Shown: in pieces, positions 58,893 to 64,000 of the stretch
Numbering within the stretch: position 1 is the stretch's first letter
Layout of the letters: each line of letters starts with the position of its first letter
DNA from: Spirochaetales bacterium
Lineage (GTDB): Bacteria; Spirochaetota; Spirochaetia; DSM-27196; SLST01
Assembly: GCA_007127335.1 (NCBI GenBank)
Contig: SKZO01000010.1
Span: forward strand, 35,370-99,369
Direction: 5' to 3'
Length of the DNA stretch: 64,000 bases
Made by a program: the position numbers and the translations under genes
Notes under the pieces: model-generated
The model's input: only the letters and a program-made list of their open reading frames with translations
What the model was told of the DNA's origin: nothing
Databases searched by the model: none

Positions 58893-60915
58893 GCAGGCGC
58901 GCGACCCCGGGAGCCGGCGGATCGACGACCCGTACCGGTGGCTGCGTGATCCGGGCTACCCGCAGGTTTCCGACAGAACGATCCTCGCCTGGCTCGAAGC
59001 CGAGAACGACTTCTACCGGCGCTACTTCGGGCCGCACGAGGAGCTCGTGGAGGGTCTTCTGAGCGAGCTCCGTGGGCGTGTTGAGCAGGAGTCGGAGTCG
59101 GTTCCCGTCCGCGACTCCGGATACGAGTACCAGTGGCGCTTCAGCGCGGGTGACGAGTACCGCGCTCACTACAGACGCCCGATCGGAACCTCAGACTGGG
59201 AGCTCTATCTCGACGAGCGGGAGCTCGCGCGCGGACACCAGTACTTTTCGCTTGGCGGAATGGACGTCAGCGACGGTTCGGTTCTCGCCTATGCCACCGA
59301 TACCGACGGTGACGAGCGGTACGTGCTGCGGTTCCGCAGCCTCACCGGGGCTGCCGATCCTCCGGAGGCGATCGACAACACCATCGGCGAACCTGTCTGG
59401 ATCCCCGGGACCGATCTCGTGCTCTATCTCGAGCTCACGCCCGAATGGCGCCCGTTCCGGGTGCGAGCACACCGTCTGTTCACCGCGACGAGCGACGATC
59501 CGGTCCTCTACGAAGAGGCCGATGAGGGGTTCTTCGTGGACGTCTGTCTGTCGCAGGATCGTCGCTTCGTTGTTGTTTCTACCGGCGATCACCAGACGAG
59601 CGAGGCACTGGTGGTACCCACGACCGATGTTCTCTCGCGCCCGCCGCTTCTCATCGCTGCGCGCCGCCCGGGTCACGAGTACCACGTGGATCACGCGCAC
59701 GCGGCATTCTACATCCTCACGAACGACCGGGCCGTCAACTTCCGGCTCGTCACCGCCCCGGAGGACGCACCGGGCGAAGCGAACTGGCAGGAGGTCATTC
59801 CCGGGCGGAAGGAGGCCTACCTTCGAAGCTTCACGCCCTTTGAGGGCTTTCTGCTGGTGGAGGAACGCGCTGAGGCGACCGACCGGATCGTCGTGCATAC
59901 CTACGAAGGGGATTCCCACCGGATCGACTTTCCGGAGCCACACTGCTCGGTGAGCGCAGCAGAGAACCCGGAATTCGCCGTCGACACGGTTCGGCTGCGC
60001 TACGAGTCGATGGTGAGCCCGCCAACGGTGTACGACTACGAGATACCTTCGCGACGTCTGACGCCTCGCAAGACACAGGTCATTCCTTCCGGTTACGACC
60101 GCTCGCGCTACCGGTCCGAGCGGCTCACCGCGACGGCGAGGGACGGCCGGGACCTCCCGATCTCGATCGTCTATCCGGACGGTTTCCCCACCGACGGCAG
60201 CGGGTGCGTCCACCTCTACGCATACGGCGCATACGGAGCCGGCACCCTTCCTCACTTCTCGACCGACCGGCTCTCACTGCTCAATCGCGGTTTCGCCTGC
60301 GCGATTGCGCACGTTCGTGGTGGAGACGAGCTCGGGTACGAGTGGTATCTCGACGGAAAGCTCGCGAACCGATGGAACACCTTCAACGACTTCGTGGACG
60401 CCGCAGAGCACCTGATTGAAGAGGGATACACGACAGCGGGGCGAATCTGCATCTCCGGAGGATCGGCCGGGGGCGAGCTCATAGGAGTCGTCCTCAACGA
60501 GGCCCCGCACCTCTGGGCCACCGCGGTGGCCCATGTTCCATTCGTCGACGTGCTCAACACGATGCTCGATGACTCCCTGCCGCTGACCCCTATGGAATGG
60601 CCGGAGTGGGGAAACCCGCTCACCGACCGCGACGCGTATGAGCTCATACGCTCCTACAGCCCGTACGACAACGTTCGACCGCAGCCCTACCCGCCCATTC
60701 TCGTGACCGCCGGACTCAACGATCCGCGCGTCACCTACTGGGAACCCGCGAAGTGGGTCGCTCGGCTTCGGGCGACGAAGAACGATCCGAACGTCGTTCT
60801 GCTGAAGACCAACATGGGCGCCGGACACGCGGGGAAGTCGGGCCGGTTCGAGCACCTGCGCGAGACGGCCGAAGAGCTCGCGTTCGTGCTTCTGGAGACA
60901 GGTCACGAGTCGTGA
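58885..60915 (+). CDS. ptrB: S9A serine peptidase, oligopeptidase B-like
   Basis: The start is refined to ATG 58885 (MSEQARDPGSRRIDDPYRWLRD). A beta-propeller region is followed by the hydrolase domain with the nucleophile in ISGGSAGGELIG, and the C-terminus is GAGHAGKSGRFEHLRE.AE..AF. Confidence 0.85.
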   Translation: MSEQARDPGSRRIDDPYRWLRDPGYPQVSDRTILAWLEAENDFYRRYFGPHEELVEGLLSELRGRVEQESESVPVRDSGYEYQWRFSAGDEYRAHYRRPIGTSDWELYLDERELARGHQYFSLGGMDVSDGSVLAYATDTDGDERYVLRFRSLTGAADPPEAIDNTIGEPVWIPGTDLVLYLELTPEWRPFRVRAHRLFTATSDDPVLYEEADEGFFVDVCLSQDRRFVVVSTGDHQTSEALVVPTTDVLSRPPLLIAARRPGHEYHVDHAHAAFYILTNDRAVNFRLVTAPEDAPGEANWQEVIPGRKEAYLRSFTPFEGFLLVEERAEATDRIVVHTYEGDSHRIDFPEPHCSVSAAENPEFAVDTVRLRYESMVSPPTVYDYEIPSRRLTPRKTQVIPSGYDRSRYRSERLTATARDGRDLPISIVYPDGFPTDGSGCVHLYAYGAYGAGTLPHFSTDRLSLLNRGFACAIAHVRGGDELGYEWYLDGKLANRWNTFNDFVDAAEHLIEEGYTTAGRICISGGSAGGELIGVVLNEAPHLWATAVAHVPFVDVLNTMLDDSLPLTPMEWPEWGNPLTDRDAYELIRSYSPYDNVRPQPYPPILVTAGLNDPRVTYWEPAKWVARLRATKNDPNVVLLKTNMGAGHAGKSGRFEHLRETAEELAFVLLETGHES

Positions 60916-60917
60916 GC

Positions 60918-62312
60918 CTACACCAGTGCTCCCCCGGCCGAAAGCCGCGTTCTGACCTCCTCTGCCTCGAGATCGCGGCACCGGCCGTCTGAGGCGGCGG
61001 CGAACGCAGCCGCGACCCCTGCAGCCTCACCGATCGCCATGCATGTCCCCATCACCCGCGCGCCCGCCATCCCTTCATGGGTTGCGGATATGCAGCGTCC
61101 GGTGACGAGCACATTCTCAACGCCATCCGGGACCAGACACCGGTACGGAATGTCGTACCAGTCTCCCGCCGGCGGCGCAAGGCTGTTCCGCGATCGCATC
61201 CCCGACTCGTGCTCGGCCGCCCAGAAGGGGCAGGCCTCGGCGCGCGGACACTCGACCACGCACAGGTGGACCGGCCACGTATGGCCGAGCGGACAGTGGA
61301 TATCGATCCACCACGAACCGCGGGCGATCGCATCGTCGTGTTTGCGCCCGGTCACGATGTCGTCACCGGAGAGGACGTAGGAACCGAGCGCCTGACGGCT
61401 CTCACGAGGGCCACCCTGCGCGGAGGTCGCGCGGAGGTAGACGCCGTCAAATCCCGGTTGTCCGCGCAGGAACCGCACGAACCTCTGAGCCTGCTCGCGG
61501 AACTCGATCTCCGCCGCCGTGAGATCCGCGACGTTGGCAGGATCCGCGGCGAACCTGGTCCGGTTCAGCGCGTAGTGGTCGGGCTGGATGGAGAGGTCCG
61601 ACGCGATACCGCTGCCGTAGAAACGTATTCTGCCGGCCTCCATCTCTTTTTCGAGCCTCTCCCGCGCGCGTTCGGCCTGCTCCGCGGATATTCCCTCAAT
61701 GCCACCGAGGTGGATAAACGAGCCCATCGACTCGACCGCCCCGTCGAACGCCCGCCCCTGGACGGTCCGCGCGCCGGCGCGAAACGCGACGTCTGCGTCG
61801 CCCGTTGCGTCGACGAAGGTCTTCGCCGCCACTGCCTCGCGGCCGGACTTCGACTCCACGAGGAGATGGGTCACCCGCCGACCGTCCGGCTCAGACCCGG
61901 TTACCGCGTCGGTCACCAGCGCATGAAAAAGGATCTGCACGCCTGACTCGAGCACCATCCGGTCGGCCACATACTTGAACGATTCCGGGTCGAACCGGAC
62001 ACCCCATTCGGTACACGCCTGTCGCCACTGCGGCGCGCCGCCTGCCGCGTGCATCCGCTCGGTCATCTCGCGCAGGATCCCCTCGACGATCGGGGTCTCA
62101 CTGTCGTGCGCGGTGTGCGCGAGGATGGGCGCCACGAGACCCGCGGTCGCGAGGCCGCCGAGGAAGCCGTAGCGCTCGACGAGCAGGACCCGCGCTCCTG
62201 CTCGTGCCGCGGCGATCGCAGCCGGGACGCCACCGGGTCCGCCCCCGGCGATGACTACGTCGTACGTTCCTCTCACGGGGACCGACTGCTCTGGTAGGGT
62301 AATGCGTTCCAT
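60918..62312 (-). CDS. FAD-dependent oxidoreductase (FAD_oxidored-type, often glycan-locus associated)
   Basis: It has the dinucleotide-binding motif YDVVIAGGGPGGVPAAIAAARAGARVLLVE. ATG 62312 is preferred over TTG 62339. Confidence 0.8.
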   Translation of the reverse strand: MERITLPEQSVPVRGTYDVVIAGGGPGGVPAAIAAARAGARVLLVERYGFLGGLATAGLVAPILAHTAHDSETPIVEGILREMTERMHAAGGAPQWRQACTEWGVRFDPESFKYVADRMVLESGVQILFHALVTDAVTGSEPDGRRVTHLLVESKSGREAVAAKTFVDATGDADVAFRAGARTVQGRAFDGAVESMGSFIHLGGIEGISAEQAERARERLEKEMEAGRIRFYGSGIASDLSIQPDHYALNRTRFAADPANVADLTAAEIEFREQAQRFVRFLRGQPGFDGVYLRATSAQGGPRESRQALGSYVLSGDDIVTGRKHDDAIARGSWWIDIHCPLGHTWPVHLCVVECPRAEACPFWAAEHESGMRSRNSLAPPAGDWYDIPYRCLVPDGVENVLVTGRCISATHEGMAGARVMGTCMAIGEAAGVAAAFAAASDGRCRDLEAEEVRTRLSAGGALV

Positions 62313-62391
62313 GCCCCATCGTACTCCCGAAAGCGGCAAACCGCAAACGGGCGCACTTGCCGAAGGGCGTCATTGGGTCTACCGTGAAGGT

Positions 62392-63066
62392 ATGAGAAGG
62401 GTCGGGCCGACGCTGCTGTTCTTCCTTGCGGCCACCGCGACCTGGCCGCAGATCCCGGAGCGATCAGTCTCGCGGGACGAGAGTGAGATCAAGGACGTAT
62501 TCCTGGCCTATATCGTGGGAATAATGCTCGAGGACCACGAGCTGGACGTCGACGGTCCAACGCTTCTGGACGTCTTCCCTGAGTTCGAGGGCAGTTCGCT
62601 GGATTTTCCCTTTCACGACATCGAACGGGTGCACCGCACCTCGTCACGTGAGGGCACGATGATCAGCGTGGACTTCGTCAGACCGCTTTCGTTTCCGGTT
62701 CCCGTCGACATCCTCGGGTACCACCCGGGGCGCATCTACACGACGCGACGAATCGTCTTCGACGAGTCTGCCGTCAGCGCTCACGGCGAGCTGAGCCACG
62801 TCCGCCTTCTGGTACGCAGGGAGGGGGAGATCGGCATCGACTTCGTCCGGTGGCTCGATCTGCTTCTCGGCTCGCTGCTCAGCGACGTTGACGCTCGTGT
62901 GCTCGCCGTCGCCGAACTCAACGGCCGCTGGTACGCGATCCTCGGGGGCGACACCCCGGATGGCGGCTCGATCGTCGGGGTTCTTGATCTGCTCCGCAAC
63001 CGCATCCTGCTTCGCCCTCCCCGCGTGCTGCGCGACTTCGCGCTCGAGGCGCTCGAATCGCCCTGA
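62392..63066 (+). CDS. secreted hypothetical protein
   Basis: The start is refined to ATG 62392, with GAAGG upstream. The signal-like N-terminus is MRRVGPTLLFFLAATATWPQ. I recognise no family. Confidence 0.5.
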   Translation: MRRVGPTLLFFLAATATWPQIPERSVSRDESEIKDVFLAYIVGIMLEDHELDVDGPTLLDVFPEFEGSSLDFPFHDIERVHRTSSREGTMISVDFVRPLSFPVPVDILGYHPGRIYTTRRIVFDESAVSAHGELSHVRLLVRREGEIGIDFVRWLDLLLGSLLSDVDARVLAVAELNGRWYAILGGDTPDGGSIVGVLDLLRNRILLRPPRVLRDFALEALESP

Positions 63067-63074
63067 GACGGGTC

Positions 63075-64000
63075 TCACGACAGCAGCCCGGCCTCCAGCA
63101 GGGAGACATAGGGCAAGGCGACAGTGGTGAGGTAGCCGGGATTCTGCCGGTGCGCGAGCTCGTCGTTGACGCACTCGTAGGCGCATTCCACCCCCGTCTC
63201 GTTCCAGCCCTCGCGCATCGCCCTCATGTAGTCCATGAAGAGATCGCGCGCCGCCGAACGGCTCACGAGCGAAAGCGCATGCACGTACCACCCAACCGGG
63301 TATCCCCAGTACGCCCCGTTCTGGTAGGTCCCGGAGGGAGGGATCGCGGAAGGCCAGCCGCGGTCCGGCAGCACATGACTGACCTGCCCGGCGCGAACGG
63401 CGGCGCCGGACTCGAACGCATCCAGCAGGGCGCGGCAGAGGTTGTTGGCGAGCTCGTCGTCGACGAATCCTCGATGAACCGCGAACGCGGTACCCCAGAC
63501 GTCCGGCACATTGCCCGTTCCGGTTGCCGAGTGCAGCCAGATCTGTCCGCCGCAGGCGCGAGCGAAGTGCCGCGGGATGGAGTCTCGAATCCTCGCCGCT
63601 TCCGCGCGAAACGCTGAGGCCCGCCCGTCCTGGCCACACCCTTCACAGAGCGCCGCGAGCTTCAGGCACGACTCAAGACGAAGCAGGCTCGGGAAGAGCA
63701 CCAGTCCGCGCTTGGCGATCGTGTCGTTGTAGCCCCAGTCGACCTGGTGACGATCCGCCCGCACGAGACAGAGCCCGCTCGTCTCATCCACCTCCATCGC
63801 GTGATGCGCGAGATCGCAGGCGAGCCAGACCGGGATCTCGCCCAGGGGGGTCCTGACCGGGCGCGAGCCCACCGACGGATCGCCGCTTCGGACCATCACG
63901 GCGTAGGCGGTGAAGGCGGGCCAGTACTGGTCGTCATGCGGAGGCAGGAGGCCGAAGTCCGGACCGCCCTGGCTCTCGCCGCTGTCGTAGGTCCCCGGGA
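63075..64000 (-). CDS. 3' part of a gene running off the right edge; (alpha/alpha)6-barrel glycoside-hydrolase-like protein (family uncertain)
   Basis: I translated the frame upstream of the track start (63899) and it stays open to base 64000 (..PGTYDSGESQGGPDFGLLPPHDDQYWPAFTAYAV..). Segments YQNGAYWGYPVGWY and DVWGTAFAV resemble six-hairpin glycosidases. Confidence 0.5.
   Translation of the reverse strand, partial: PGTYDSGESQGGPDFGLLPPHDDQYWPAFTAYAVMVRSGDPSVGSRPVRTPLGEIPVWLACDLAHHAMEVDETSGLCLVRADRHQVDWGYNDTIAKRGLVLFPSLLRLESCLKLAALCEGCGQDGRASAFRAEAARIRDSIPRHFARACGGQIWLHSATGTGNVPDVWGTAFAVHRGFVDDELANNLCRALLDAFESGAAVRAGQVSHVLPDRGWPSAIPPSGTYQNGAYWGYPVGWYVHALSLVSRSAARDLFMDYMRAMREGWNETGVECAYECVNDELAHRQNPGYLTTVALPYVSLLEAGLLS

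Overview
This is a visibly GC-rich, tightly packed bacterial chromosomal window. GC content was not computed, and all calls come from reading the supplied translations and the DNA by eye. I support about 57 protein-coding genes, one tRNA-Asn(GTT) with an intrinsic terminator, and several promoters, hairpins and short tandem repeats. I saw no transposase, integrase, CRISPR array or rRNA. Many long ORFs in the track are antisense or out-of-frame shadows typical of high-GC DNA. Several real genes start well inside the listed ORFs, and I refined those starts using ribosome-binding sites and recurrent ATGA/GTGA stop-start overlaps.

Main blocks:
- a 5-gene Opp/Dpp-type peptide ABC operon;
- an ArsR-controlled divergent locus: thioredoxin-like protein, ArsP-family permease, serine hydrolase, Trx-CcdA fusion, epimerase and aldolase;
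- a 9-gene minus-strand operon joining a folate C1 module (pterin methyltransferase, FolD, Fhs, MetF-like) to EtfBA and an ECF transporter;
- a glycan-type cluster: beta-helix protein, DUF1893, thuAB-like pair;
- a plus-strand run: GAF-PAS adenylate cyclase, HEAT-repeat membrane protein, ClpS, a VWA/FHA-like/PIG-L fusion and an HCF101-type Mrp;
- a second peptide-type ABC system with fused permease and fused ATPase, and an unknown 589-aa protein where a binding protein would be expected;
- SppA, a membrane pyrophosphatase, NUDIX and a TPR-GAF-GGDEF protein;
- an ECF sigma / anti-sigma / secreted caspase-like protease trio;
- nlpD-like plus a group-2 sigma factor, oligopeptidase B, an FAD oxidoreductase and a partial glycosidase-like gene.

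The best candidates for an undescribed system are the sigma/anti-sigma/orthocaspase module, the ETF-linked C1 operon, the extended ArsR operon and the VWA-FHA-PIG-L fusion.
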